The translations under genes were made by a program, and so were the position numbers. From Candidatus Kaiserbacteria bacterium (GTDB lineage: Bacteria > Patescibacteriota > Minisyncoccia > Phycocordibacterales > UBA918), in assembly GCA_031423775.1 (NCBI GenBank), contig JANPGF010000057.1, positions 1-61,891 of the forward strand: DNA of 61,891 bases, in the 5' to 3' direction. The notes below the pieces were generated by a model. That model was not told where the DNA came from, did not search any database, and saw only the letters and a list, made by a program, of their open reading frames with translations. Positions 15,604 through 25,786 of this stretch are shown piece by piece. Within the stretch, counting starts at the first letter, position 1. Each line of letters begins with the position of its first letter.

Positions 15604-16743
15604 ATGCATGTGTTAGCAATTGGGTATGGGAAAAATTTATTTACAGCTGGACATCCGGAACAAGTGCGGCAGTTAGCCTGCGCTGCGGTAGTTGATGAGT
15701 ATCACATGATTGTGTTTTCTCGTACGACTGAGGGGCTGCAGTCGCAACAAATTGGAAATTTCTTTATCTATCCGAGTGGTGGACGAACGAGAGTCGGAAT
15801 GGTGTTTAGAGCGTATCTTCTCGGTCGGAAAATTGTTCGAAAATCGAACCGTCCATCCGATTTTGTAGTGACCGCACAGGATCCGTTCGAAGCTGGTCTT
15901 GTAGGGTACTTGCTCACTCGACTTACGAAATTACCCCTTAATCTCCAGGAGCATGGTGATTTTTTCAGTACAGAGAATTGGCGACAAGAATCAGTCATGA
16001 ATACACTTCGTGCAAAAATGGGGAAGTGGCTGGTGCGCCGAGCTGACACCGTGCGAGTAGTATCGACGCGGATGCTCTCCACACTACAGCAGATCGGTGT
16101 TGTTCCGACAAAACTTCGGCTGCTCTCAGTTGAGGTACCGCTGCAACGTTTTTTACAAGCAGCAACATCAGATGTGGCCCGGAAACTATTTCCCACTGAT
16201 TCCGTTATTATTCTGTCAGTAGCACGGTTGGTACCACAAAAAAATCTCACCCTCTTACTTCACGCATTTGCAAAAGTTGTTGCTCAACATTCACAATCAC
16301 GACTGCTCATTATTGGTACTGGTCCTGAACAGTCAAAGCTCGTTACTCTGGCCTCAAAATTAGGACTGCTGGATAGTGATCGCCCGCTTGTGATGTTTCT
16401 TCCGTGGACCGACGATGTACCTGCATATATGAAAAGTGTCGACCTCTATGCTCTCTCTTCAAACTATGAAGGGTATGCTCGCGTGATCCCTGAAGCTATG
16501 GCATCAGGTTTGGCGCTAGTGTCGACTGATGTTGGTTGTGTCGGAGAGGTGTTACAAAATGGACAACACGGCCTCGTGGTTCCGGTCGGTGATGAGAATG
16601 CGCTCCACGACGCACTCTGCCGTCTCGTAACTGACTCGCGCCAGAGACTACAATTTGGACAAGCTGGTCATGCTGCTATGAGAGCAGCGGCTGCCGCAAA
16701 AAGCGAATCATATGCAAAACGCTGGCGAGCGGCACTACAGTAA
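15604..16743 (+). CDS. Glycosyltransferase, GT4 family
   Basis: SSNYEGYARVIPEAMASGLALVSTDVGCVGEV is a Glycos_transf_1 signature. Confidence 0.8.
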   Translation: MHVLAIGYGKNLFTAGHPEQVRQLACAAVVDEYHMIVFSRTTEGLQSQQIGNFFIYPSGGRTRVGMVFRAYLLGRKIVRKSNRPSDFVVTAQDPFEAGLVGYLLTRLTKLPLNLQEHGDFFSTENWRQESVMNTLRAKMGKWLVRRADTVRVVSTRMLSTLQQIGVVPTKLRLLSVEVPLQRFLQAATSDVARKLFPTDSVIILSVARLVPQKNLTLLLHAFAKVVAQHSQSRLLIIGTGPEQSKLVTLASKLGLLDSDRPLVMFLPWTDDVPAYMKSVDLYALSSNYEGYARVIPEAMASGLALVSTDVGCVGEVLQNGQHGLVVPVGDENALHDALCRLVTDSRQRLQFGQAGHAAMRAAAAAKSESYAKRWRAALQ

Positions 16744-16759
16744 CATTTCTCTATACCGG

Positions 16760-16787
16760 TTGACATTTTTTTGTTCTAGCGTATATC
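16760..16787 (+). promoter_or_regulatory. Putative sigma70-type promoter
   Basis: TTGACA (16760-16765), 16-nt spacer, TATATC (16782-16787), upstream of an AGGAGG RBS. Confidence 0.4.
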
Positions 16788-16821
16788 TGTAGACGGAATA
16801 GAGTCTGGTCAGGAGGAAAAT

Positions 16822-17679
16822 ATGGCCCATACGCTAAGTACCGATGTTATCGATGCATTTGCAGCGGACATCCAAGATACGATTTTTGAAGCCCGTCGTT
16901 TGTTTGAAAAAAGCGACTTCACTGTCGAAAAGAAAGCTGACGATTCACCAGTAACTTCGATCGATACTACGGTACAGGTACTGTTGAAAGATATTTGCCG
17001 TCTCTATCTCGGTGGTCAGATTCACTTTGTGGCTGAAGAGCTGGAAACAGGTGAGGTGTTGACTAGTTCCGAAGGGAACCGGTGGTGGGTTACTATCGAT
17101 CCAATTGATGGGACGACCCCCTTGTGTGCCGGTGACCCGAACAATGCTTGTATTGCACTGGGGATATTCCTCGACGGGAAACCTTACGCGGGATTTGTCG
17201 CCAAATTGGGTGATCTGAGTATCATCTATGGCGGCACTGGTATGAACGACATCGTGTACCAGCGTGATAACGGCACCAGTTGGACGAGAAAAAATATCGG
17301 CGCAAAAAACAAAATGTGCTGTATTGATCTCGCATCAGGACCGGCCGCTGATCCGGTGATGTCGAAGTTTATTCTGTCGGTCGTGGCTGACCGGACGCTC
17401 GGCGGGTATCCGTACAATGTTCCCAGTATTGCTTCGGCCCTGAAACTGATCGAGGGTCATGCCAAGTTCTTTATTGGCTCGAACAGCAAACCATGGGATG
17501 TCGGCGCGATTATGCCAATGCTCGAGTATCTCGGGTATACATTCCAGTCGCTCGAAACTGGTGAACCAATCGTGCTCGATGGATCACGAGAGACCGTCCC
17601 TGCCTTTGTGATGTCGACCGGTGGAGACTACGCCGAACGACTGATTGCGCTCTATCAAAAAATTGCGTCATCCGTCTGA
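16822..17679 (+). CDS. Inositol monophosphatase / CysQ (3'-phosphoadenosine-5'-phosphatase) family protein
   Basis: DSPVTSIDT and WWVTIDPIDGTT metal-binding motifs of the IMPase superfamily. Confidence 0.7.
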   Translation: MAHTLSTDVIDAFAADIQDTIFEARRLFEKSDFTVEKKADDSPVTSIDTTVQVLLKDICRLYLGGQIHFVAEELETGEVLTSSEGNRWWVTIDPIDGTTPLCAGDPNNACIALGIFLDGKPYAGFVAKLGDLSIIYGGTGMNDIVYQRDNGTSWTRKNIGAKNKMCCIDLASGPAADPVMSKFILSVVADRTLGGYPYNVPSIASALKLIEGHAKFFIGSNSKPWDVGAIMPMLEYLGYTFQSLETGEPIVLDGSRETVPAFVMSTGGDYAERLIALYQKIASSV

Positions 17680-17687
17680 AATAAAAT

Positions 17688-17720
17688 ACCCGCCGCACAA
17701 ATTGTGCGACGGGTTTTACT
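17688..17720. terminator. Bidirectional terminator between convergent genes
   Basis: ACCCGCCGCACA / TGTGCGACGGGT 12-bp stem (one G-U) flanked by an A-run and TTTT. Confidence 0.75.
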
Positions 17721-17771
17721 ATGGAATTTTCACGGGTGAATGAAGGGCTTGTCAGGGTTCCTTTATTCACC

Positions 17772-18488
17772 TCAAACGGTAGCCGATAATTTCTTGAACA
17801 CGGCAGCCATAATCTTGCTTTCGAGTCTCCCGATCGCCAGGTACGCTGCCCACTCAATCAGATACCCTTTGTACGAAAGATCATCGAGATGGTCGGATAC
17901 CTCGAGGATAGGAATTGCGTAGGCAGTGACGATACCTTCCTCCTTTTGACTCTCAGTTGGTTTCGGAAGATCAACCGCAATGATCAGTTCCATTCCGTAT
18001 CGTTCATGTTGGTGGCCAGCGCTGTTGGCCAGGTACCCATGATAGAACGGTACGGAACAGAGAACGTTACCCACCCCCGCTTCTTCCAAAAGTTCCCTAC
18101 GGGCGGTCAATTTTGCGTTCTGGCCCGGCTCTTGAATGCCTCCTGAGAGTTCTACCTGGACGTTGTGCCGCAGGCCAGTGCTGGTATTGTCATCAAGGAA
18201 GGGGAGGTGGGTGATTGGACGGTCTTGGTGAATGAGCACCATTTTTGCTCTATCGGCAATGTCTGCGAGTTGCATGACAATTGCTCCGAGGTCAGTTAAC
18301 CCTTCAAATTGTATGGCTGTTTCCGTTGGCACTACGATAGCAAGTGCTTTCATGGCCAGTTCAGCACCATCTTTATTTCGGCCGAACACAATATCAGGAA
18401 AACTGCTGCCAGGACGGGTAAATTCCGCGTAGCGCAGATATGCTCGTTCGTGGGCTGGTTTCCACGCGGGGTCGATAGTATATCGCAT
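17772..18488 (-). CDS. Nudix hydrolase
   Basis: Nudix box SGGIQEPGQNAKLTARRELLEEAGV. Confidence 0.75.
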   Translation of the reverse strand: MRYTIDPAWKPAHERAYLRYAEFTRPGSSFPDIVFGRNKDGAELAMKALAIVVPTETAIQFEGLTDLGAIVMQLADIADRAKMVLIHQDRPITHLPFLDDNTSTGLRHNVQVELSGGIQEPGQNAKLTARRELLEEAGVGNVLCSVPFYHGYLANSAGHQHERYGMELIIAVDLPKPTESQKEEGIVTAYAIPILEVSDHLDDLSYKGYLIEWAAYLAIGRLESKIMAAVFKKLSATV

Positions 18489-18596
18489 CTGATTGTCCTC
18501 TCCTGTATACTAGTGCGCAAGGGGACCCTTAGCGTCACGTTTACTCTGGTCACCTTGTACCACTTTTTTTATACTTTAGCAAATTACGCGAATCGT

Positions 18597-19256
18597 ATGT
18601 TCCATCAATCAATTATTGATCTCATTAATGACGAGCAGAAAATTGAAGCCCTCACCAAGGAAATTATTGATAATGGGTTCGTCGCCGTGCCGAATTTTTT
18701 TGATGCGGGCACCCTCGCTGAGCTCCATCGAATGGCGGCTGATCAGCGTTACCAGAATAAAAAAATGTCCGAGATTATGGACACGTTAATCGGTAAAATG
18801 GGTTTTAGTGATGAAATAATTACGCTCAGTCAAAAAATATGTGACGCCCGTTCAAAAATCACTGGAAAGCCAAAAATTGTCATAAATAAAGCAAAGCAAG
18901 CTATAGGACTTGCATATAAAAATGCAAATGACGCCACTAATGTTCAAACACCCTTTCACTATGATGGTGCATACATAAATCTGCTGTTTGCGCTCACTAT
19001 GCCGCCACACCAAGGCAAGGGTGACGGCAACCTCGTGCTTTTCCCTAGTATCCGTGAACGGTATTCACCGTTTATGGCTAAAATTGTGTCTCGTATCCTC
19101 CGTCATTCAAAACTGGCACGCAGCATTTATGGCTATAAAGAGGTCATCTATACAGTTGACTCAATGCATATTTTCTTTGGCGACATTTCATTCCACGGGG
19201 TTGAACCAATTAAAAGTGGGGAACGGGCAGTCATAACTATCAATAGTCACTGGTAG
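18597..19256 (+). CDS. Possible Fe(II)/2-oxoglutarate-dependent oxygenase-like protein
   Basis: Internal start MFHQSII of listed ORF 18309-19256. PFHYDG (HxD) and distal FHGVEP suggest a facial triad. The match is weak. Confidence 0.35.
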   Translation: MFHQSIIDLINDEQKIEALTKEIIDNGFVAVPNFFDAGTLAELHRMAADQRYQNKKMSEIMDTLIGKMGFSDEIITLSQKICDARSKITGKPKIVINKAKQAIGLAYKNANDATNVQTPFHYDGAYINLLFALTMPPHQGKGDGNLVLFPSIRERYSPFMAKIVSRILRHSKLARSIYGYKEVIYTVDSMHIFFGDISFHGVEPIKSGERAVITINSHW

Positions 19257-19268
19257 TTATATCCAGGA

Positions 19269-20327
19269 ATGAAACTCCTCATCATTACCCAAGTTCTCGA
19301 TACCGAACACCCAATTTTGGGGTTTTTTCACCGGTGGGTGGAGGAATTTGCGAGTCAGGTTGATGAGGTTCAGGTCATTGCTTTGCAGGTAGGAACCTAT
19401 GACCTTCCACCCAACGTACAGGTTTACTCGCTAGGCAAGGAAAGCGGCGCTAATCGCCTAAAATATCTCTGGCGTTTTTATACGTATAGCTGGCAACTTC
19501 GTCATTCGTATGATGAGGTATTTGTTCATATGAATCAACAGTACGTGCCGCTCGGGTACCCACTTTGGAAACTGTTGAGGAAGCGTATCGGGCTCTGGTA
19601 TGCCCATGGGGCAGTTAGCCGCTCGCTTGAAATTGCTGTGCGGTTGGCTGATGTCGTATTCACGTCAACTCCCCAAGGTCTGCAGATTGATACCCCAAAG
19701 CGAGTGATCGTGGGGCAGGGGATTGATTTTGCTCATTTTGCTCCTGCTTCAGCAGAACGACCAATGCGGGCGACTCTTGAACTGATAACTGTCGGTCGTA
19801 TTTCAGCTAGCAAAAATCTGGCTACACTCCTCGCCGCATGCTCGCTGTTGCAGCTGCAGGGGGTTTCTTTTCATTTTTCAATTATCGGTACGCCCTTAAC
19901 CGAAGTAGATATTCAGTATGAAAAAAACTTGCATCACTATTGTGCCGAAAATCACCTCATTGATTCAGTATCATGGATTGGTGGTGTGAATCAAGTCAAG
20001 TTGCCAGCGTATCTTCAGCAGGCTGATATTTTTATCCACGATGGGGCAACTCAAAGTCTCGATAAGGTGCTCCTCGAGGCGGTAGCAGCTGGATGTGTAG
20101 TGCTGTCTTCAAATGCGGCGTATACGGCGCTCACATTGCCACTTGCGCCACAAAATCTGTTTATGAGTACTGACAGTAGTGCTTTGGCAGCTCGCATTAT
20201 TGAATGCAGTCAGATGTCAGAAAGCGTAAGGTCTGAAGTTATGTTACCAATTCGTCAAGTCATACAAAAAGAACATAGTATCCAGGGGCTAATCGCAAAA
20301 ATAGTCGCACACTATATATGTGTATAA
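19269..20327 (+). CDS. Glycosyltransferase (GT-B, GT4-like)
   Basis: MKLLIITQVLDTEHPILGFF... N-domain, and the C-domain has the ...IFIHDGATQSLDKVLLEAVAAGCVVLSS pattern. Confidence 0.65.
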   Translation: MKLLIITQVLDTEHPILGFFHRWVEEFASQVDEVQVIALQVGTYDLPPNVQVYSLGKESGANRLKYLWRFYTYSWQLRHSYDEVFVHMNQQYVPLGYPLWKLLRKRIGLWYAHGAVSRSLEIAVRLADVVFTSTPQGLQIDTPKRVIVGQGIDFAHFAPASAERPMRATLELITVGRISASKNLATLLAACSLLQLQGVSFHFSIIGTPLTEVDIQYEKNLHHYCAENHLIDSVSWIGGVNQVKLPAYLQQADIFIHDGATQSLDKVLLEAVAAGCVVLSSNAAYTALTLPLAPQNLFMSTDSSALAARIIECSQMSESVRSEVMLPIRQVIQKEHSIQGLIAKIVAHYICV

Positions 20328-20390
20328 GTCAATATGATGTATCTATAGCAAAGTGATAGCATATAAATATATAAGCGTAATATATTAAGT

Positions 20391-21194
20391 ATGAGTTACC
20401 AGTTCGTATTAAAAAGTGCATTGAACCGTCGATATTCGTTCGGTCTGAAGGTGGTAGTAATGATTTTAATATTAGCAGGATTAAGTTTTGTGTTTGATTC
20501 CTCGAGTGCATTTGCATCAGAAACAGAAAAAAATTACTGTTCAACATCAGAAAAAAATAAACAAGATTTACCACTCGAACTACACAGCCAACTTCAGCAG
20601 TATGTTGGCATTACTGATGCTAATCAGATTGGGCTAGGTATAACTGGTGATATGACAATATCTCTGTTGGTGAAACCAACAACACTGTCTGGGAATATGA
20701 CTTTAGTGTCAAAATGGCAGCATGTAGCTAAAACATCCTACCTGCTATTTATTGAACAGGGTAATCTCGGAATTGCCTTAAATTCTTCAGAAAGTGGTTT
20801 TGGTTACAAAGTCTTTTATGCGCCATATACAAAAAATGCAAATGAATGGACACATGTAGCAATGGTTTATACTGCAGCGAGTGGGACAGTTGAATTTTTT
20901 ATTAACGGTGTATCGGTAGGTAAGTCTGCCGACTATGCAATGCCGACCAGCATCGCTAATTCGCAAGCCAATTTTATGATTGGATCTCGAGAAAATCTCG
21001 ATACATTTTTTGATGGAAAAATCGATGATGTTCGTATTTGGAGCCGCGCTATGTCAAAAGGTCAAGTTAACCAACTATATACACATCCGAAGAAGTTTAG
21101 TGGTGATAATTATCGTCTACAAGGATATTGGAAATTTAATGATGGTTTAAAAGATGAATCTGCAAATAGCAACAATCTTTCGATTGTTCTCTAA
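20391..21194 (+). CDS. Membrane-anchored LamG / concanavalin-A-like lectin domain protein
   Basis: N-terminal TM (VVVMILILAGLSFVF). WTHVAMVY...FFDGKIDDVRIWSRAMS is a typical LamG-3 jelly-roll signature. The DNA is AT-rich. Confidence 0.65.
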   Translation: MSYQFVLKSALNRRYSFGLKVVVMILILAGLSFVFDSSSAFASETEKNYCSTSEKNKQDLPLELHSQLQQYVGITDANQIGLGITGDMTISLLVKPTTLSGNMTLVSKWQHVAKTSYLLFIEQGNLGIALNSSESGFGYKVFYAPYTKNANEWTHVAMVYTAASGTVEFFINGVSVGKSADYAMPTSIANSQANFMIGSRENLDTFFDGKIDDVRIWSRAMSKGQVNQLYTHPKKFSGDNYRLQGYWKFNDGLKDESANSNNLSIVL

Positions 21195-21247
21195 TTAAAG
21201 GCTAACACATTAAACATACAACACCATACGATTAAGTATGGTGTTGT

Positions 21248-22072
21248 ATGTTTAATTTCTGTTATAATGCAGCTGCAAAATACTTTGGCATGCACTTACT
21301 CTTTATCTTTTCACCTAAAATTGCTTGGCAGCTGTCCGGCAAGTCAGCCATAGCTGCTTTGCGAATCTGTTTGCTAATGTGGTTATTTATCTTTAGTAGG
21401 AAACTATTACGTAGCATTGATGATTTTAAGATATGTGGTGAGTATAATGGTATGCCAATCGTTTTATATCTCAGATCACTAATGGATGTAGGTGTACTGC
21501 TTGAAGTATTTGTGGATAAAGAATACTCCTGGTGTCCAGTCAGCAATCCTCAGGTTATTATTGACCTAGGTGCACATTTTGGTGACACCGTTTTGTATTA
21601 CCATGCTCTTTTCCCAACTGCAAAAATTATTGCAGTTGAGCCGTCGGCTGAAAATTATGAACGTTTAGTTAAACATGTAGGTCATATTCATAATGTTACA
21701 TTAGTTCACGCTGCAATCGGTCAGGTTGATGGGGAGGTTGTTTTGCATCTCATGTCAAATTCTCTTGGTCATTCAACCTCAAATCGCGCAGGATCCGATT
21801 CAATGATTACTGTACCTCAATTGTCATTGGCTAGTTTATTGCAATTAAATGATATAATAAAAGCTGATTTAATTAAATTTGATATTGAGGGGGCAGAATT
21901 TAGTTTATTTAATCAATCACAGCCAGAAATATTTGCTAATGCTTATATTGGTGAAGTTCATAATGATTTAAACGATAAAAAATTACCGCCAGTGGAGAAT
22001 TGGTTTACTGAATTTAAACTTTCCAGTCAACCTATAAAGGAAAATAGATTTTTATTAAAAGCGTTTCGTTAA
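21248..22072 (+). CDS. FkbM-family methyltransferase
   Basis: IIDLGAHFGDTVLYY, AVEPSAENYERL and IKFDIEGAEFSLF. The start codon is uncertain. Confidence 0.7.
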   Translation: MFNFCYNAAAKYFGMHLLFIFSPKIAWQLSGKSAIAALRICLLMWLFIFSRKLLRSIDDFKICGEYNGMPIVLYLRSLMDVGVLLEVFVDKEYSWCPVSNPQVIIDLGAHFGDTVLYYHALFPTAKIIAVEPSAENYERLVKHVGHIHNVTLVHAAIGQVDGEVVLHLMSNSLGHSTSNRAGSDSMITVPQLSLASLLQLNDIIKADLIKFDIEGAEFSLFNQSQPEIFANAYIGEVHNDLNDKKLPPVENWFTEFKLSSQPIKENRFLLKAFR

Positions 22073-22082
22073 AATTTTATTT

Positions 22083-22715
22083 ATGAGTATTGCAGAAGCT
22101 TCAATTATTCGAGGACGTGAGTATACACTACTCTCAGGAATGACTTTGGATGGTGTAATTTTAGATGTTGGGGGAGGGAGAAGGTCCGGTTATCATGAGT
22201 TAATCAAAGGGAATCATTCGTTTTATGTAATTAATCTTGATCCTGGTTGTGATCCAGATGCTTTTGTAGATATCGAAAAACCTTTTCCAATTGAGAGTGA
22301 AAAGTTTGATCATGCTATCTGCTTAAATGTAATGGAACACATTTTCGAATTCGATCATGTATTTCGTGAGCAGTTACGTTGTGTAAAAAAGGGCGGTACG
22401 TTAATTTTTGCCACACCAATGGTTTACCATATCCATGGTTCGCCAGATGACTATTTGCGATATACAGCATCGGCATATCGACGGTTGGCAGAAAAGTATA
22501 ATTGCAAAATTATTTTAATCGAACCTATAGGTACAGGAATTTGTTCATTAATTTTTCAAACTATTGAAGGTGGAATTCCAAGAGGATTCTTAAGAAGAAT
22601 TGGTAAGTCTATTGCTGTAAATTGTGATTTTGTTTTAAATAAAATTTCTAAAAAATATAGAATTCTTACAGAAAGAGTACCTCTGGGCTATTTTGTTATT
22701 TTAGAAAAGAACTAA
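22083..22715 (+). CDS. Class I SAM-dependent methyltransferase
   Basis: ILDVGGGRRSGY (motif I) and LNVMEHIFEF...VKKGGTLIF (Methyltransf_11-like). Confidence 0.7.
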   Translation: MSIAEASIIRGREYTLLSGMTLDGVILDVGGGRRSGYHELIKGNHSFYVINLDPGCDPDAFVDIEKPFPIESEKFDHAICLNVMEHIFEFDHVFREQLRCVKKGGTLIFATPMVYHIHGSPDDYLRYTASAYRRLAEKYNCKIILIEPIGTGICSLIFQTIEGGIPRGFLRRIGKSIAVNCDFVLNKISKKYRILTERVPLGYFVILEKN

Positions 22716-22811
22716 TCGTAATATTTAAACCGAGGCTAATGTTTATTGTAGTAGTTAAATAACTATTTCATGAATTGCAGCGTTATATACAGCGAAACTT
22801 ATTAGACTGAT

Positions 22812-23951
22812 ATGAAACTGTATTACGTCGTTAATGCTCGGCTGCCGAATGAAAAGGCGCATGGGATTCAGATTGCGAAAACGTGTGAGTCCTTTATAGA
22901 GGCGGGGAAGGAGGTCGTTCTTGTTGTGCCTAATCGTCAGCACGTGTCTCAAAGTATGCAGGAATTTTATGGGCTACGTACCGCAGTGCCGATTGTGTAT
23001 TTACCATGTATTGATTTATATACAAAAGGTCGGTTTGGTTTTTTCCTCAGCTCACTCTCGTTTATTACGAGTTATCTGGTGTATTTCATCATAAAAATTG
23101 TACGAGATGAAAAGTTCGTTTTCTATAGTGTTGATATGGATACCTTTTCTATGACACTGCTTGCGCTTCTGCCACGACGTTTTTTCTCTGAATTACACGG
23201 TGCGCGCAAACCAAATCTAGCAACGAATCTTTTTTTTAAATGGAGTGCCGGTATTATCGCCATTAACACTGCAGTACAAGAGGTGGTGCGTGAAAAATTC
23301 TCGCAGACTGTGCCAGTGTTGGTAGAGCCAAACGGTGTAGATGTGGCGGCGTTTGATATTGGAATGTTGCAGACTAGAGCGCGTACGACTATTGGTTTGC
23401 CGGATTTGGACGGTAAACCAATGGCACTTTTTGTGGGTAGATTTTATGGGTGGAAAGACGTGGGGATTTTAATCGAGGCAGCAACTGTTGCGCCAGATAT
23501 TCAGTGGTATGTGATTGGAGGGAGCGAAGCAGATTTTCTCCGGGTGACTGGACTCACCGCCGTTCCCTCAAATTTAAAAATTTGTGGTGACAAACCTGCT
23601 CGCGAGGTACCACTTTGGGTGGCGGCATCAGACACGGTTCTAGCACTCGGGACACAAAAAAATATTGACTCGTGGCGGTTTACGTCTCCGATGAAAGTGT
23701 TTGAATATATGGCTTCGAAACGGCCGATTGTGGCCAGTCGGACGCCTGCCCTCCTGAGTATTTTGAACGAAAGTGAGGTATACTTTTACACGCCTGATGA
23801 CGCAGCTGACTTGGCTGCTAAGGTACGAGACGCAATTGCGCACAAGCGATCTGACGTAACGGCTCTCGCTCATGCCAAGGCGCTCACTCATGCCTGGGAC
23901 AAGCGAGCTGCGCGTATTCTTGGATTTATCGACCAAACCCGTAACATTTAA
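22812..23951 (+). CDS. Glycosyltransferase, GT4 family
   Basis: MKLYYVVNARLPNEKAHGIQIAKTCE N-domain. C-domain ...PMKVFEYMASKRPIVASRTPAL. Confidence 0.75.
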   Translation: MKLYYVVNARLPNEKAHGIQIAKTCESFIEAGKEVVLVVPNRQHVSQSMQEFYGLRTAVPIVYLPCIDLYTKGRFGFFLSSLSFITSYLVYFIIKIVRDEKFVFYSVDMDTFSMTLLALLPRRFFSELHGARKPNLATNLFFKWSAGIIAINTAVQEVVREKFSQTVPVLVEPNGVDVAAFDIGMLQTRARTTIGLPDLDGKPMALFVGRFYGWKDVGILIEAATVAPDIQWYVIGGSEADFLRVTGLTAVPSNLKICGDKPAREVPLWVAASDTVLALGTQKNIDSWRFTSPMKVFEYMASKRPIVASRTPALLSILNESEVYFYTPDDAADLAAKVRDAIAHKRSDVTALAHAKALTHAWDKRAARILGFIDQTRNI

Positions 23952-23955
23952 TTTC

Positions 23956-24585
23956 ATGAGAAAACTGACAAGTGCACCGATGGATGCGTTTTACCGAGCA
24001 AATGCGACAGATGCCAAAGTGCTGGATGTGGGGTCAGCTGGTGGTCGTAACAAAGAATATTTTCCGAATAGTCTTACAGTTGATTTGTTTCCTGATAATA
24101 ATCCGGACGTGGTGGCAGATGCACATGATTTACCCTTTGCAGATGCCTCGTACGATACGATTGTGTGTAAAGAAGTGCTTGAACATGTAAAGCGGCCACA
24201 AGTCGTGATTGATCAATTCCATCGCGTGCTCACCCCGGGCGGAAAACTCATTCTCTCGACCCGATTTCTCTTTCCTATTCATGAGGCTCCTCATGATGGA
24301 TTCCGCTTTACGAAATACGCCCTCCTCGATTTATTTAAAGATTGGAAAGAAGTGAAAATTATTGACGAAGCTGATCCAATTTTAACGATTGTAATTTTGA
24401 TTGATCGAATGATTTATCAATCAGATTTCCGTTTTAATAAAATCTCTAAAGGGTTACTCGTCTTGATTACGTACCTCATTTTGCCATTCCGTCATTTGTT
24501 ACTACGGCAGTATGGTGATGTACGAAAAAGCCAGCCAGTTGATTCTGCGTTTACGACCGGATACTACGTAGTTGCCAAGAAATAA
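23956..24585 (+). CDS. Class I SAM-dependent methyltransferase with hydrophobic C-terminal segment
   Basis: Internal start MRKLTS. VLDVGSAGG, ADAHDLPFADASYDTIVCKEVLEHV and LTPGGKLILS. Confidence 0.7.
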   Translation: MRKLTSAPMDAFYRANATDAKVLDVGSAGGRNKEYFPNSLTVDLFPDNNPDVVADAHDLPFADASYDTIVCKEVLEHVKRPQVVIDQFHRVLTPGGKLILSTRFLFPIHEAPHDGFRFTKYALLDLFKDWKEVKIIDEADPILTIVILIDRMIYQSDFRFNKISKGLLVLITYLILPFRHLLLRQYGDVRKSQPVDSAFTTGYYVVAKK

Positions 24586-24595
24586 GTAAACGGCG

Positions 24596-24603
24596 CCCCC
24601 CCC
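24596..24603 (+). repeat. Poly-C(8) homopolymer 18 nt upstream of the GT9 start codon
   Basis: Read directly: GGCG-CCCCCCCC-ACTCGCATTCCATCCAC-ATG. Confidence 0.95.
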
Positions 24604-24620
24604 ACTCGCATTCCATCCAC

Positions 24621-25682
24621 ATGAAAAAAGCAAAACAAACCGACGTCTGGTTTTTCGTGGGTCACAGTATTGGTGTCACACTCCTTGCTATCCATACGCT
24701 TGAAGCGGCGTATTTTGGTTTGCCAGTAAACGAACGAGGACGCTGTTTCTTGGTCATTAATGGAGATAAAACGCAACTCTATCTCGACCTGATTGATCAG
24801 TACCCACATATCACACTCGTGACGCTCAGTCGTCGCAGTATGCCAGATTTAATTCGCATTCTAGCTCGTTCTATTGGTAGACGGCAGGTAGTGCTCCATC
24901 CGTTATCGTTTGGTTCAGTGCATCCGCTTCATGCGCTCTTAACACTCGCCATTACCTGTCTGCACCCGCGTAGTCGATCGGTGGTTCTTGATGAAAGGTC
25001 GTGGTATAACTGGTTTTGGTTTACTGATGTCTTGCCGCAGAAACTCGATCAATCGATTTTTACGTCGATGGAAGAGGCAGTAATACATTGTGAAATCAAA
25101 GTTACCGCGAGACATCCACAGTTACTCCACGCGGTAACTCCAGTTCATTCGGCATTGGCAAAGGTGGGGAAGCCATACATTGTCGTCCATCCGTTTGCCG
25201 CAAATCCGATTCGTTCATTACCAAAAGAACGCTGGGAGGATATCTTTGATTTCATTACGAGTACGTACCCTGATCATCAGTTAGTAATTTCAGGCGGGCC
25301 GTCTGATCGTGCCGTGGCATTGGCCTTTATTCGACCAAGCTATAAAAATGTCTTTTATACTGAAGATATTATCACTACTTTTTTGCCAAAAATTGGTCTG
25401 ATTGATAATACTGCCCTGTACGTAGGTGTAGATACAGGACCAACCCATCTGGCTGCTCATTTGGGTGTTCCTACCATTGTGATCGGGAATAACTCAAATC
25501 CGTGTTGGCTACCAACGTATAATCCAGAAGTTACCATCCTGATGCACACTGAACATTGTACGTGTACGAATGACAAAGGCGGGAATTGTCGAGAGACGGT
25601 AGACGGAAAAGTGTACTACCGCTGCATGATAGAAATTACTCAAGAAGAAATTAAACAGCATATAGCGGCCCGATTAGCATAG
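24621..25682 (+). CDS. Glycosyltransferase family 9 (heptosyltransferase-like)
   Basis: VVHPFAANPIRSLPKERW, LVISGGPSDR and LYVGVDTGPTHLAAHLGVPTIVIG are canonical GT9 motifs. Confidence 0.8.
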   Translation: MKKAKQTDVWFFVGHSIGVTLLAIHTLEAAYFGLPVNERGRCFLVINGDKTQLYLDLIDQYPHITLVTLSRRSMPDLIRILARSIGRRQVVLHPLSFGSVHPLHALLTLAITCLHPRSRSVVLDERSWYNWFWFTDVLPQKLDQSIFTSMEEAVIHCEIKVTARHPQLLHAVTPVHSALAKVGKPYIVVHPFAANPIRSLPKERWEDIFDFITSTYPDHQLVISGGPSDRAVALAFIRPSYKNVFYTEDIITTFLPKIGLIDNTALYVGVDTGPTHLAAHLGVPTIVIGNNSNPCWLPTYNPEVTILMHTEHCTCTNDKGGNCRETVDGKVYYRCMIEITQEEIKQHIAARLA

Positions 25683-25786
25683 ATATCTTTGTTTAATGTA
25701 TGGCCACGTCTGCCTAATAAAATAAATTGTTCGGAGGATGTGCTACTTTGTGCTATGATGTCGCAAATTATTGCTGAAGTCCATGT

